From Bacteroidia bacterium (GTDB lineage: Bacteria; Bacteroidota; Bacteroidia; AKYH767-A; OLB10): 64,000 bases of DNA. Made by a program: the position numbers and the translations under genes. Of the stretch, positions 10,646-21,281 are shown one piece after another. The notes under the pieces were generated by a model. The model worked only from the letters and a program-made list of their open reading frames with translations, had not been told where the DNA came from and searched no databases. Location: the NCBI GenBank assembly GCA_016788065.1, contig JAEUTI010000096.1, forward strand, positions 58,065 through 122,064, given 5' to 3'. Each line of letters opens with the position of its first letter. Within the stretch, counting starts at the first letter, position 1.

Positions 10646-13132
10646 TCAGGCAGGATCTACATCTACATGAATAATCAGTGAACGATTTTCAGGGTGTGAT
10701 AAAAATCGGTCAGTTACACTGGTGATCATTTGCTTTACCTTGTGATCAGAAAGACCTTTCTCAACTTTTATCAGTACATTTCTGATATACAGATTTCTTA
10801 TTCTCGAAACATTGGGAGCAACGGGACCTAAAACGCGTTTACCAAAAACCGATTTTAACACTTTGGTAAACTCTTTTGCAAGTTCATCCAATTGCTTCTC
10901 ATCGCGAAGTTTTAATCGCAAAGAAATTAAGCGGCAGAAAGGAGGGTAATTAAATTTCTCCCGTTCGGCAAGTTCATAATTATAAAATCCACGATAATCG
11001 TTGTTGATCAAAAACTGCAAAATTGGATGACCAATCTGATATGTCTGAATAAGCACCTTGCCTCTCTTAGATCGCCTTCCTGCACGACCTGAAACTTGTG
11101 CAAGCAATTGATAACTTCTTTCTGCTGCTCTGAAATCGGGGAAGTTAATCAGGTTATCGGCATTTAGTACTCCTACCAGGCTTACATTCTCGAAATCGAG
11201 ACCTTTAGTGACCATTTGAGTACCTACCAGGATATCAATCTCACCATTCTCAAAGCCGGAAAGAATCCGCTGAAAAGAAGCTTTGGAAGAGGTAGAATCC
11301 AGATCAAAACGGGCAATCCGGTGATCGGGAAAAAAGATGCTGATTTCATCTTCTATTCTTTCAGTACCTAGCCCTTTCATTCGGATATCGGGATCACCAC
11401 ATGCCATACATTTTCCTGGCGGATGCGTTGAATATCCGCAATAGTGACATCTCAACTGATTTAGTTTCTTGTGATAGGTCAGTGAAACATCGCAATTTAC
11501 ACACTGAGGAATCCAGCCACAGTTTTTACATTCAAGAACAGGAGCAAAACCTCTTCTGTTTTGGAAAAGTATCACCTGTTCTTTATTGTCGAGTGCCAAT
11601 TTTATACCATCGAGTAAGGTCTGTGAAAAGTGTGATTTCATCTCCTTCTTACGGTAGGCTTCCTTGATATCTTTTATTGCAATCTCGGGCATTCTGATAC
11701 CACCATAGCGTTCTCCCATTCGGATCAAATTATACTTACCAATGGATGCATTGTAGTAACTTTCCAAAGATGGTGTTGCCGATCCGAGCAATACCGATGC
11801 ATTCAAAATATTGCCACAAACAATTGCTGAGTCTCGTGCATTATAGCGTGGAGAAGGATCAAATTGCTTGTAGCTGCTGTCGTGTTCTTCATCCACAATG
11901 ATGAGTCCGGGATTGGTAAGCGGAAGGAATATTGCCGACCGCGCACCAATTATAATAGGAAAATGATAATGACCTGCTTCACCATCATTCAATACCTTTG
12001 TGTATACTTCTGCTCTTTCCCGGCTCGAAAATCGCGAGTGATAAACCAGTAATCCTTCACCGAAATGACTTTTCAGACGTGATATAATCTGTGTGGTAAG
12101 AGCAATTTCAGGTAAGAGATATAAAACCTGTTTACCCATTGCAATCTGATCATTCATCAGTTTGATGTAAACTTCAGTCTTACCTGAGGAAGTTACGCCA
12201 TGTAATAAAGCCACTTTATTTTCCGCAAATGTAGATTCAATTGCTTCGAAAGCTTGTTGCTGCACATCACTTAATGCGAGATTTATTGAAGCGGGATCTT
12301 TCTTGGTATAGGCAAGACTTTCTTCACCTTCAAAGACTTCAAAAACGGACTTGTCTATCAATTGTTGTAAGACACGAGAGTTAGAATCTGTATTCTTAAG
12401 CAGCAAAGACTTCGCTACAAATTCAGTTCCCTTATCCATCTTAATCCGCATGAATCCCATCAACAGATCGAGTTGCTTTGGAGCTTTTTTCTCTAAGGTC
12501 TGAAAAACCGTTTGTAAAAAATCTTCATCTTCGGCTTGTGAAGTAAATTTCACATAAGCGATCTGCTTCTTCTGAAAATCGGCGCCAATTTCTTCAGTAG
12601 GAATTAACATCTTACGTTCGATCATATTACGGATCAGACGCAATCCTTTTTTATTTCCGGTAATTTTACCTGCTTCGGCAACTGTAATTGATTTTTTATC
12701 CGCTAAAGCATCAATTAATAGCTGTTCATCAGCTGTTAACAAAACATTCTCAGCAACAAAATCAGGGTTCAAGGCAACACCATTTTCACTCTGCAACTTC
12801 ATCACCGAAGGCAAAGCTGCTGTCATAATTTCACCAAGAGTGCATAAATAATAAGATGCCATCCAGTCCCATAACTTAAACTGTGTTTCAGTTACTACCG
12901 GTTTCACATCAAGAATTTCCAAAACTTCTTTTGCCTGATAAAATTCCGGTTTATTGTGATGGACTGCATAAACTAAGGCAGTGTACATCTTAGACTTTCC
13001 AAAAGGTACAATTACACGAATGCCGGGTATTATTTGGTGACGTGATTCTTCTGGAACTCTATAAGTAAACAGCTTCCCGAATGCCAAAGGCAAAACAACA
13101 TCTACATAAAGGACAGCATTACTATTCAGCAT
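10646..13132 (-). CDS. priA: Primosomal protein N' (replication restart helicase PriA)
   Basis: It has Walker A (GVTSSGKTEVY), a DEEHD box and a Cys-rich zinc region (CKNCGWIPQCVNCDVSLTYHKKLNQLRCHYCG). Confidence 0.92.
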   Translation of the reverse strand: MLNSNAVLYVDVVLPLAFGKLFTYRVPEESRHQIIPGIRVIVPFGKSKMYTALVYAVHHNKPEFYQAKEVLEILDVKPVVTETQFKLWDWMASYYLCTLGEIMTAALPSVMKLQSENGVALNPDFVAENVLLTADEQLLIDALADKKSITVAEAGKITGNKKGLRLIRNMIERKMLIPTEEIGADFQKKQIAYVKFTSQAEDEDFLQTVFQTLEKKAPKQLDLLMGFMRIKMDKGTEFVAKSLLLKNTDSNSRVLQQLIDKSVFEVFEGEESLAYTKKDPASINLALSDVQQQAFEAIESTFAENKVALLHGVTSSGKTEVYIKLMNDQIAMGKQVLYLLPEIALTTQIISRLKSHFGEGLLVYHSRFSSRERAEVYTKVLNDGEAGHYHFPIIIGARSAIFLPLTNPGLIIVDEEHDSSYKQFDPSPRYNARDSAIVCGNILNASVLLGSATPSLESYYNASIGKYNLIRMGERYGGIRMPEIAIKDIKEAYRKKEMKSHFSQTLLDGIKLALDNKEQVILFQNRRGFAPVLECKNCGWIPQCVNCDVSLTYHKKLNQLRCHYCGYSTHPPGKCMACGDPDIRMKGLGTERIEDEISIFFPDHRIARFDLDSTSSKASFQRILSGFENGEIDILVGTQMVTKGLDFENVSLVGVLNADNLINFPDFRAAERSYQLLAQVSGRAGRRSKRGKVLIQTYQIGHPILQFLINNDYRGFYNYELAEREKFNYPPFCRLISLRLKLRDEKQLDELAKEFTKVLKSVFGKRVLGPVAPNVSRIRNLYIRNVLIKVEKGLSDHKVKQMITSVTDRFLSHPENRSLIIHVDVDPA

Positions 13133-13145
13133 TGGTTCACTTCAA

Positions 13146-14297
13146 TTAATAGCGTTCGCGAAAATCAAGCCAACCTTTTTTATAAAAATAATAAATCTGA
13201 AACAAAACTATAATGAACATGGCCAGCAGCACAAAGGCATATCCATAAGGCGAATAAAGCTCCGGCATGTTAAGGGGTAACTTTGCTCCTGTTTCAGGAT
13301 CAGTTGGGGAAAAATTCATTCCGTATAAACCAACAATAAAAGTTAAAGGGATGAAAATTGTAGAAATAATTGTAAGTACTTTCATCACTTTATTCAAACG
13401 GTTACTTACGCTTGATAAATAAATATCCATTAAACTGGCGGTGATCTCCCGGTACGACTCAATGATATCCATTACCTGAATGGTGTGATCATAAGTGTCG
13501 CGAAGATATCTGCGGGCTATATCAGAAAACAAACGGGAAGGATTTCTTAAAATCTCATTTAGCTTTTCTCTTTCAGACCACGCAACACGTCTAAATAAAA
13601 TCAGTTTACGTTTCGATGCCTGAATATTCTGCAACGAATAAACATCGGGAGCGGTCAATAATTTATCTTCCAGTTCGTCCAGAAAATTACCCAGTTGCTC
13701 CAGAAAAGGGAAATAATTATCGACAACGGCATCCATGAGTGCGTATCCTAAATAAGGTGCACCGCTTTTGCGAATTAATCCCCGGTTTTGTTGAAGACGT
13801 TCTTTAACTGGCAGGAAATAATCTGTTTGTTTTTCCTGGATAGAGATAGTGAAATTCTCAAATATAAAAATGGACAACTGATCATCCTGAATTTCAAAAT
13901 CGCTGTTATAGCAGATAGGTCTCGACACAATAAAAAGATGGTCTTGAGACTCTTCGACCTTTGGTCTTTGGTAACCGCTCAAAACATCCTCCATTTCCAA
14001 TCTGTGAATATTGAAATGAGTGGTCAAATCCTCAAAAAGCTGTTTATCCCCGAAACCTTTAATTTCAATCCAGTGACTCAATGCGGGTTTTGAAATGAGT
14101 AATTGCTTCAGGTCACCGGAGCTTGATGCCTCATGTTGCTCCAGAATATCTGCGTCATAAGAATAAATTTTAATGACCGGCTTTATTGCATCATGGGCAA
14201 TCGAAATCGTCCCGGGAGCAGAACCGGGAGGAGCTTTCTTATGCTTTTTAAAACTTATCTTTCGACCGGGAATTTTTCTTTTCTCTTCGTGCGACAT
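13146..14297 (-). CDS. corA: Magnesium/cobalt transporter CorA
   Basis: The YGMNF signature lies before the last TM helix, with two C-terminal TM helices. The start is set at MSHEEKRK; the ORF is open up to 14354. Confidence 0.85.
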   Translation of the reverse strand: MSHEEKRKIPGRKISFKKHKKAPPGSAPGTISIAHDAIKPVIKIYSYDADILEQHEASSSGDLKQLLISKPALSHWIEIKGFGDKQLFEDLTTHFNIHRLEMEDVLSGYQRPKVEESQDHLFIVSRPICYNSDFEIQDDQLSIFIFENFTISIQEKQTDYFLPVKERLQQNRGLIRKSGAPYLGYALMDAVVDNYFPFLEQLGNFLDELEDKLLTAPDVYSLQNIQASKRKLILFRRVAWSEREKLNEILRNPSRLFSDIARRYLRDTYDHTIQVMDIIESYREITASLMDIYLSSVSNRLNKVMKVLTIISTIFIPLTFIVGLYGMNFSPTDPETGAKLPLNMPELYSPYGYAFVLLAMFIIVLFQIYYFYKKGWLDFRERY

Positions 14298-14457
14298 AGG
14301 AATGGCAATCAACAGTTTGGTAAAAATAGAGAATTTAAACATCTTTGCTTCCACTAAATGCCGGAATCGAACTCAAAATATCGGTAAAACGGCTAAAATC
14401 ACCTGGTTACCAATAATTAACCAAACAATTTGCAATCACAATTCTAAAACTAATTCC

Positions 14458-15717
14458 ATGAACAAATCTTACTCCGGCATTCCACCGATCTTTATTCTGG
14501 GAGCGCTTTTCTTCATTTTTGGATTTGTAACCTGGTTAAACGGCACTCTTATCCCCTATCTTAAAATTGCCTGCGAATTGAATAACTTCGAATCGTTGCT
14601 GGTTGCTTTTGCCTTTTACATCTCCTATTTCGTTATGGCACTGCCATCCTCTTATGTATTAAAAAAGACAGGGTTCAGAAAAGGGATGATGCTGGGGCTT
14701 ATTGTTATGGCCATAGGTGCATTAATTTTTATTCCGGCAGCACTTACACGAACTTATGCGTTGTTTCTTCTGGGGTTGTTTATAATTGGAACCGGACTTT
14801 CTGTTTTGCAAACTGCTGTTAATCCTTATGTCACCATTGTAGGTCCTATAGAAAGTGCTGCGAAACGGATTAGCATCATGGGAATTTGCAACAAAATCGC
14901 AGGCGTGATTGCGCCAATAGCACTTGGTGCTGTGATACTGTCTGATGCTGATCAACTGGTTGCTTCATTAGCTGATATGGCAACGGAGGTGAAAAATGAA
15001 TTACTTAACGGTCTGGCACGTCGGGTGATACTTCCATACTCATTGATGGCTGTGGTTTTAGCCGGGCTATCCATGATGATTTATTTTTCCCCGCTTCCGG
15101 AGATAGATCCGGAAAATGAAACGGATGAAGCAGCTGATAATCATTCGCAACATAAAACAGTGCTTTCCTTCCCAAATCTGGTTTTAGGAGTAATTGCTTT
15201 GTTTTTATATGTTGGTGCCGAAGTGATTGCTGGTGATACAATTGGAAACTTTGGAATATCGCAGGGTATTGCCATTGCGGATGCCAAGTTCTTCACATCA
15301 TATACTTTAGTGGCTATGGTTATTGGATACATTATTGGAATTGTAGCGATCCCCAAATACATATCTCAAAATACTGCTTTGGCAGGATCAGCTATTATTG
15401 GAATTATTTTCAGCGTTCTTGCAATCCAAACAACCGGTTACACAGCTGTATTATTCATTGCCTTGCTTGGTCTGGCGAATGCATTGATGTGGCCGGCTAT
15501 CTGGCCACTTGCTATAAACGGATTGGGTAAATTTACCCGAACGGGAGCAGCTCTGCTGATAATGGCTATTGCCGGTGGTGCATTATTGCCACTAGGCTAT
15601 GGATATCTTGCTGATCTGGAAAGCATTGGCATTCAAAATGCCTATTGGATTCTAGTTCCCTGCTACCTTTTTATTTTATTTTACAGTCGCTCAGGCTATC
15701 GGATGAAAAGCTGGTAA
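14458..15717 (+). CDS. MFS sugar transporter of the FucP / glucose-galactose (GluP) type
   Basis: An ATG at 14458 gives MNKSYSGIPPIFILGALFFIFGFVTWLNGTLIPYLK, which is typical of FucP/GluP. About 12 TM segments are present. The 5' part of the ORF-track ORF (14173-14457) overlaps corA and is not coding. Confidence 0.8.
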   Translation: MNKSYSGIPPIFILGALFFIFGFVTWLNGTLIPYLKIACELNNFESLLVAFAFYISYFVMALPSSYVLKKTGFRKGMMLGLIVMAIGALIFIPAALTRTYALFLLGLFIIGTGLSVLQTAVNPYVTIVGPIESAAKRISIMGICNKIAGVIAPIALGAVILSDADQLVASLADMATEVKNELLNGLARRVILPYSLMAVVLAGLSMMIYFSPLPEIDPENETDEAADNHSQHKTVLSFPNLVLGVIALFLYVGAEVIAGDTIGNFGISQGIAIADAKFFTSYTLVAMVIGYIIGIVAIPKYISQNTALAGSAIIGIIFSVLAIQTTGYTAVLFIALLGLANALMWPAIWPLAINGLGKFTRTGAALLIMAIAGGALLPLGYGYLADLESIGIQNAYWILVPCYLFILFYSRSGYRMKSW

Positions 15718-15808
15718 TTACCTGTCACCCATTGACTCACAAAAGAATAGCCATTGCAGGTTGGTGAATCGGTCCACTGTTATTAACTTCGCACTTCAAT
15801 AATCTACT

Positions 15809-16534
15809 ATGTCCTGGTTCGAGTCCTGGTTTGATTCCCCCTATTACCATATTTTATATCAGCACAGAGATGAAGCCGAAGCTGAATATTTTCTGGATTC
15901 ACTTTTAAATTTTCTGCAGCCGGAAGCTCACTCCAACATGCTTGATCTGGCATGTGGTAAAGGAAGACATTCGGTTTATCTGAATGAAAAAGGGTATTCA
16001 GTTACCGGCATCGACCTATCAGAACAAAGCATTGATTATTGCAAGCAATTTGAAAATAAAGATTTAAGTTTTTTTGTTCATGATATGCGAAAACTCTTTC
16101 GGGTAAACGCATTCAATTATGTTTTCAATTTGTTCACTTCATTCGGATATTTCGACAAAGAATCGGAAAACCATGCAGCCATGAAAAATGCTTGCATGGC
16201 TTTGAGAAAAGGTGGCGTTTTGGTTATAGATTTTCTTAATCCTAACTATGTATCCAAACATCTCATTGCATCAGAAATGGTTGAGATTGCAGGGGTCCAA
16301 TTTAATATTGCCAGAAAAATTAAAGATGGATATTTTTACAAGAATATTCATTTCTCAGATGCTTCACGAATATATGATTTTACGGAAAAGGTCCAGGCGC
16401 TTACATTAAAAGATTTCGAAAAATATATTCTTCCAAATGGCATGACAATAGAACATATTTTCGGCGATTACCATCTGAATGCATTTGACAATGAAACATC
16501 ACCCAGATTAATTATAATAGCAAAAAAGAAATAA
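15809..16534 (+). CDS. Class I SAM-dependent methyltransferase
   Basis: Motif I (MLDLACGKGRHS) and the post-I motif (VTGIDLS) are present. Confidence 0.75.
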   Translation: MSWFESWFDSPYYHILYQHRDEAEAEYFLDSLLNFLQPEAHSNMLDLACGKGRHSVYLNEKGYSVTGIDLSEQSIDYCKQFENKDLSFFVHDMRKLFRVNAFNYVFNLFTSFGYFDKESENHAAMKNACMALRKGGVLVIDFLNPNYVSKHLIASEMVEIAGVQFNIARKIKDGYFYKNIHFSDASRIYDFTEKVQALTLKDFEKYILPNGMTIEHIFGDYHLNAFDNETSPRLIIIAKKK

Positions 16535-16538
16535 CACC

Positions 16539-17255
16539 ATGGGAGTTCTTGAAATGCTGCTTTTGTTTGCCTCTGTTTTTGTTGCGGGGATGTTATTTTT
16601 TGTATTCAAGAAAAGCAACCCTATTTACCTGAAACTTGCATTAGCTTTTACAGGATCATTTCTTTTTGCCCTTAGCATGGTTCATTTACTTCCCGGTGTA
16701 TTTAAATCGGAATCTGAAAACATAGGATATTTTATCCTCCTAGGTTTCTTTATTCAGTTAATTCTTGAATATTTCTCTGAAGGTATTGAACATGGTCACA
16801 TTCATGTTCATCAGCATCATAACCATTCATTCCCACTAGCCATGATGGCAGGACTGTGTATACATTCCTTTTTAGAAGGCATGCCACTTGCAGGCAAATT
16901 TGATGGGCATGATCACAACCACTCTTTGCTTACCGGAATTTTACTCCATCACCTACCAGTTGCATTTGCACTTGTCAGTATGTTGTCAGCTTCCGGAATC
17001 AGCAGAACATTTACTATTATAAATCTTGCAATTTTTGCTGCAATGGCACCAATGGGAGCTATAGCAAGTGAAATTCTCGGGCATACAGAACTTATGAATA
17101 TCAGCACCTATTACAACCTAATAATGGCTGTTGTGATCGGAATTTTTCTACATATAAGCACAACCATCCTGTTTGAATCGGGAAGTGATCACCGGTTCAA
17201 TTTGTACAAGATGGTTGTAATTATTCTGGGTGCTTTACTGGCACTGCTTCAATAG
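16539..17255 (+). CDS. ZIP-family divalent metal transporter
   Basis: It is a polytopic membrane protein with a His-rich loop (HGHIHVHQHHNHS, DGHDHNHS) and ZIP-like HSFLEGMPLA / HHLPVAFAL motifs. Confidence 0.7.
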   Translation: MGVLEMLLLFASVFVAGMLFFVFKKSNPIYLKLALAFTGSFLFALSMVHLLPGVFKSESENIGYFILLGFFIQLILEYFSEGIEHGHIHVHQHHNHSFPLAMMAGLCIHSFLEGMPLAGKFDGHDHNHSLLTGILLHHLPVAFALVSMLSASGISRTFTIINLAIFAAMAPMGAIASEILGHTELMNISTYYNLIMAVVIGIFLHISTTILFESGSDHRFNLYKMVVIILGALLALLQ

Positions 17256-17265
17256 CAGCAAGAGC

Positions 17266-17727
17266 TCAATTAAGTGCTGCTTTAATTTTTTCGAAGTCAG
17301 GGATATCGCCTGCAGACTCCAACACTTCCGCGTAAACAACAACTCCGTTTTCATCAATTACAAAAGCCGAGCGTTTTGCAACACCTTTCATATCAAGAAT
17401 GAAAGTTTCATACTGAGAGCCATAAGTTCCGCAAACTGTCTTATTAAAATCAGACAATAATTCAAAATTAAGATTCTGCTCTTCTTTGTAACGAATCAAT
17501 GAGAAAACAGCATCGGTAGAAATTCCAAATACTTTTGCATTCACATTATTATACCAGGAAAGATCATCCCGAACACTGCATAGTTCTTTTGTACATGTTC
17601 CGGTAAATGCTGCCGGGAAAAATAATAAAACAACTTTCGAACCTCTTAGAGATGAAAGTTGAACGGGTTGTTTTAATGTGTTGTAAAGGGTAAAGTCGGG
17701 TGCCTGCTGGCCTTTTAATACTGACAT
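17266..17727 (-). CDS. Peroxiredoxin (AhpC/TSA, Bcp-like)
   Basis: It has the thioredoxin-fold motif FFPAAFTGTCTKELC and is 153 aa long. Confidence 0.8.
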   Translation of the reverse strand: MSVLKGQQAPDFTLYNTLKQPVQLSSLRGSKVVLLFFPAAFTGTCTKELCSVRDDLSWYNNVNAKVFGISTDAVFSLIRYKEEQNLNFELLSDFNKTVCGTYGSQYETFILDMKGVAKRSAFVIDENGVVVYAEVLESAGDIPDFEKIKAALN

Positions 17728-17777
17728 ATAGTTTTAATTTTATGGTTAATCGGCAAACAAATTATAGATTAAAAAGT

Positions 17778-18557
17778 TTACTGCAAAGACTTAACTTTTG
17801 ACTCCCGAATCCTATTGTAATTAAAATCAAAAACAAATCTTCCGGTTACATAGCCTAAAATAGCCCCACCAAGTACATCGGAAGCCCAATGCTCCTGCTG
17901 ATAGGATCGGGACAGCGCCACCATGGATGCCAAAGAATAAGCAACCAGGGGAACCCATTTTTTTTCCTTCCCATATCCTCTGCTCAAAATAGTTGCGAGA
18001 GTGAAAGCTACTGAAGTATGCCGGGACACAAATGAACCATCAGTGGAAAAATCATTAAATGGTCCATTAAATTGATGTGCATTGCCTGGTACTGAATAAA
18101 CAGGACGTTCTCTGCCAAAAAGAATTTTAGAACCGGTTGCCAGTCCGGCACTGAAAACAAAACCTTCTAATGAAAGCAACATCATGTTTTTGTCATACTT
18201 ATTCCCTGTGGATAATGCGGATAAATAAATTCCACCGAGTATTGGTAAAGCATATAACCCATTACCAAATGGATCTATCACCAAATCACCAAATCTTTCC
18301 AATCCTTTATTTTCATTTCGAACCACAAAACGATGAAGCTGTTCATCGTAAAGCATCACAAATGCAGTTGCTCCGGTTGCAAGAGTTAAATTAGCAATAT
18401 CCTTTTTATCCCAATGAAATGGTTCAAGTATCAATTGCTTTCCATCATTCAAAACTGAATGAAAGAATTTGGGGTCAGGAGAATTCGTTTGAGCAAAACT
18501 GCATAATACAGATGCCTGTAATATCAACCAAAAAAAAATTGATTTCAGCAGAATCAT
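17778..18557 (-). CDS. PAP2-superfamily phosphatase
   Basis: PAP2 motifs are present: SFVSRHTS ... SRSYQQEHWASDVLGG. The start is set at MILLKS (signal peptide), which removes the apparent overlap with mazG. Confidence 0.7.
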   Translation of the reverse strand: MILLKSIFFWLILQASVLCSFAQTNSPDPKFFHSVLNDGKQLILEPFHWDKKDIANLTLATGATAFVMLYDEQLHRFVVRNENKGLERFGDLVIDPFGNGLYALPILGGIYLSALSTGNKYDKNMMLLSLEGFVFSAGLATGSKILFGRERPVYSVPGNAHQFNGPFNDFSTDGSFVSRHTSVAFTLATILSRGYGKEKKWVPLVAYSLASMVALSRSYQQEHWASDVLGGAILGYVTGRFVFDFNYNRIRESKVKSLQ

Positions 18558-18570
18558 TTTCGCGGAATAA

Positions 18571-19374
18571 TCAAAGTCCTTTTGATTTGGCTTCATTCCA
18601 AAATTCATCCATTTCAGCAAGTGACATATCCGTTAACTTTTTGCCTTGAGCAGTAACGGCATCTTCGAGATATTTGAATCTGGAAATAAATTTTCGGTTA
18701 GTGCGCTCCAATGCTTCATCGGGATTGACATCAATAAATCTGGATAAATTTACCAATGAAAAAAGCAGATCGCCGAACTCACCTTCAATACTGGATGAAT
18801 TTCCGGAAGCCAGTTCAACACGCAATTCACTCAACTCCTCTTCAACCTTATCGAGCACCTGCGTTTTTTCTTCCCAATCAAATCCGGCCGAGCGGGCTTT
18901 TTCCTGTATGCGCATTGCTTTCACCAGAGATGGCAATGAAACAGGAACGCCTTCGAGAACCGACTTCTTACCTTCCTTAAGTTTCAGTTGTTCCCAATTG
19001 CGGGAGACATCAGCCGCATTTTCGACCTGCAAATCGCTATAAATGTGTGGGTGGCGATGAATCAGTTTATCACAAACCTGGTTAATAACACTTGTAATAT
19101 CAAAATCATTGGTCTCGGAGCCAATTTTTGCATAAAAAACAATGTGCAATAAAATATCACCTAACTCTTTACGAACTTCTTCCTTATCTCCTGCAAGAAT
19201 GGCATCACCCAACTCATAAACCTCCTCAATGGTCAGATGACGCAAAGTTTCCATAGTCTGCACCTTGTCCCAGGGACATTTTGCCCTAAGGTCATCCATG
19301 ATATTGAGTAGCCTTTCAAAAGCAATTAGTCTGGCGTCCATATAATTAGTTTTAGACAAAAGTACTGATTCCAT
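18571..19374 (-). CDS. mazG: Nucleoside triphosphate pyrophosphohydrolase MazG (tandem MazG domains)
   Basis: It has RAKCPWDKVQT, EEVYELGDAI and a second EEL.E. repeat (EEELSELRVE...GDLLFSLVNL). Confidence 0.88.
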   Translation of the reverse strand: MESVLLSKTNYMDARLIAFERLLNIMDDLRAKCPWDKVQTMETLRHLTIEEVYELGDAILAGDKEEVRKELGDILLHIVFYAKIGSETNDFDITSVINQVCDKLIHRHPHIYSDLQVENAADVSRNWEQLKLKEGKKSVLEGVPVSLPSLVKAMRIQEKARSAGFDWEEKTQVLDKVEEELSELRVELASGNSSSIEGEFGDLLFSLVNLSRFIDVNPDEALERTNRKFISRFKYLEDAVTAQGKKLTDMSLAEMDEFWNEAKSKGL

Positions 19375-19421
19375 GGAAGGTAAAAACAGACAACTTTAAA
19401 AATTGTCTTCCAAATGCTTCT

Positions 19422-19429
19422 TATATTTG
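19422..19429 (+). promoter_or_regulatory. Bacteroidota -7 promoter box TATATTTG, 4 nt upstream of the ATG
   Basis: This is an exact match to the TAnnTTTG consensus. The ATG of the next gene is at 19434. Confidence 0.4.
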
Positions 19430-19433
19430 TGGG

Positions 19434-20546
19434 ATGCAAAAACTAAGTGCAACCATAGTCTTTTTATTATTGGTAGTTGGATTGCAATCCGGCTTGGCAC
19501 AGGAAAACACTAACGGAAGTTGGTCGGTAGCAGCCAATTATCATCGTGGCTTTTTAATTGCACATCGTCCAATGGTGGTATCACTTCAAAAAAATCATCT
19601 CAATGGACTGGAATTCAGCATATTAAAAACAACTTCAGGTGCAAAAGCCTGGCAAAATCAATACAACAATCCGGAAATAGGAGTATCTCTTTCGGGTTGG
19701 AACAGCGGCAACAAGGAACAATTGGGAAATGCTTATGCTATGATTCCATATATCAACTTCCCGCTAATCAAAAACAATAACCATCAGTTTGCAATTAAAT
19801 TTGGTTGGGGAATAGGTTATGTAGAAAAAATATTCGATGCAGATGACAATTACAAAAACATTGTTATTGGCTCCCATTTAAATTGCGCATTACAATTTCA
19901 ACCCAATTACAGCTTTAATATAGGCGAGAAAATTACTGCATCCGGAGGATTGAACATTACACATTTTTCAAATGGAAGTGCAGCTACTCCAAACTTAGGA
20001 ATTAATTTCGCCAGCATAACGGCAGGTGTTCGTTACAGGTTTGCAAAAACAACTGTTGGCACTTCTGCTGCCAAACCCGAATTCACCAGATCAAGCCGAA
20101 TCACCACTTTTGCAGCTGCATCGTTTAAAGAAACTTACCCTGCAGAAGGTAATAAGTATGCTGCTTTCACCTTGTCGGGAAGCAGATTTCATCAGACTTC
20201 ATCGAAAATAGGATTGGGATATGGTATTGATCTTTTCTATGATGGCTCAGCTGTTAAAAAACAGGAACAAAAAGGTGGAGAAGCAAGCGATGATCTGGAT
20301 TATTTCAAAAGCGGAATACATGCAGGCTGTGAACTGGCAATTGCCGATATTACCATCCTTTTGAATATGGGAGGATATCTTTTTAACAGAGTTACAGGTG
20401 ATGGTACTTTCTATCACCGGTTTGGAATCAGGTATCAGGCTGGTAACAACATATTTGTTTGTATGAATTTAAAATCACATTGGGCCAAAGCAGATTTTAT
20501 TGAGTGGGGAATTGGATACAGAATAAACCGAACATCAAAAAAATGA
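19434..20546 (+). CDS. Outer-membrane acyloxyacyl hydrolase / lipid A deacylase (PagL-like) family protein
   Basis: It has a signal peptide, beta-barrel-like alternating sequence and a HFSNG motif that resembles the PagL His-x-Ser catalytic pair. The family assignment is tentative. Confidence 0.5.
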   Translation: MQKLSATIVFLLLVVGLQSGLAQENTNGSWSVAANYHRGFLIAHRPMVVSLQKNHLNGLEFSILKTTSGAKAWQNQYNNPEIGVSLSGWNSGNKEQLGNAYAMIPYINFPLIKNNNHQFAIKFGWGIGYVEKIFDADDNYKNIVIGSHLNCALQFQPNYSFNIGEKITASGGLNITHFSNGSAATPNLGINFASITAGVRYRFAKTTVGTSAAKPEFTRSSRITTFAAASFKETYPAEGNKYAAFTLSGSRFHQTSSKIGLGYGIDLFYDGSAVKKQEQKGGEASDDLDYFKSGIHAGCELAIADITILLNMGGYLFNRVTGDGTFYHRFGIRYQAGNNIFVCMNLKSHWAKADFIEWGIGYRINRTSKK

Positions 20547-21277
20547 ACATCCGGATCTACCTTTTAATTCTTGCAACCAGTTTCTTAGCCTCCTGCGGCA
20601 AAGATCAGCTGTGCAACTGTCTGAAAAAAACCGGAGACGAAATTACAGAAGTTCGAGCTGTTACTTGGTTTTCTTCCATTGAAATGAATAACAATGTTGA
20701 TGTTGTAATAGTTCCTGATACATTCTACAGCATCAAAGTAACATGCGGTAAAAATCTCGTGGATGGAATAATCACTGAAGTAAAAAACAATCGTCTTGAA
20801 ATCAGAAATATTAATAAATGTAATTGGTTACGTGATTTCGAAAACAGCTTTACAGTTGAAGTAACAGTCAGAGATTTAAATCAATTAACTAACAACGGCT
20901 CAGGAAATCTTTCTTTCACTGATACCTTGATCACTCCGGAATTCCAGGTTGATAACTGGAATGGAACCGGTACACTTTCCCTCCTCCTCGACTGTAATGA
21001 AACGCGATTTAAACTTCATACCGGTCCGGCAGATATTGTTGCAGGGGGAAGATCTGATGTAGGTTATATTTATTCAGCAGGCAATGGTTATTGCGATACC
21101 AAAAATCTGATCAACGATTACTGTTATGTAACTACCAAAAGCACCGGCGATTGTTTTGTTTCTGTTACAAAAGAAGTTGGCGTTAACATCGAGTATGTAG
21201 GTGATGTTTACTATTCAGGAACCCCTTACAAAATAGAGCAACAAATAACTGGTAGCGGTAAACTGATCCGGCAATAA
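20543..21277 (+). CDS. DUF2807 / head-GIN-domain lipoprotein
   Basis: A lipobox is present (MNIRIYLLILATSFLASCG). The pattern FSSIEMNNNVDVVIVPD...ITEVKNNRLEIRN is typical of DUF2807. Its ATG overlaps the upstream stop codon (ATGA). Confidence 0.55.
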   Translation: MNIRIYLLILATSFLASCGKDQLCNCLKKTGDEITEVRAVTWFSSIEMNNNVDVVIVPDTFYSIKVTCGKNLVDGIITEVKNNRLEIRNINKCNWLRDFENSFTVEVTVRDLNQLTNNGSGNLSFTDTLITPEFQVDNWNGTGTLSLLLDCNETRFKLHTGPADIVAGGRSDVGYIYSAGNGYCDTKNLINDYCYVTTKSTGDCFVSVTKEVGVNIEYVGDVYYSGTPYKIEQQITGSGKLIRQ

Positions 21278-21281
21278 TCTT

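Noticed and set aside
14173-14457. A 95-codon N-terminal extension of the MFS transporter ORF that overlaps corA on the opposite strand
   Set aside because: The extension has no transporter-like sequence. The canonical FucP/GluP N-terminus begins at the ATG at 14458. The extension would run through the corA start region.
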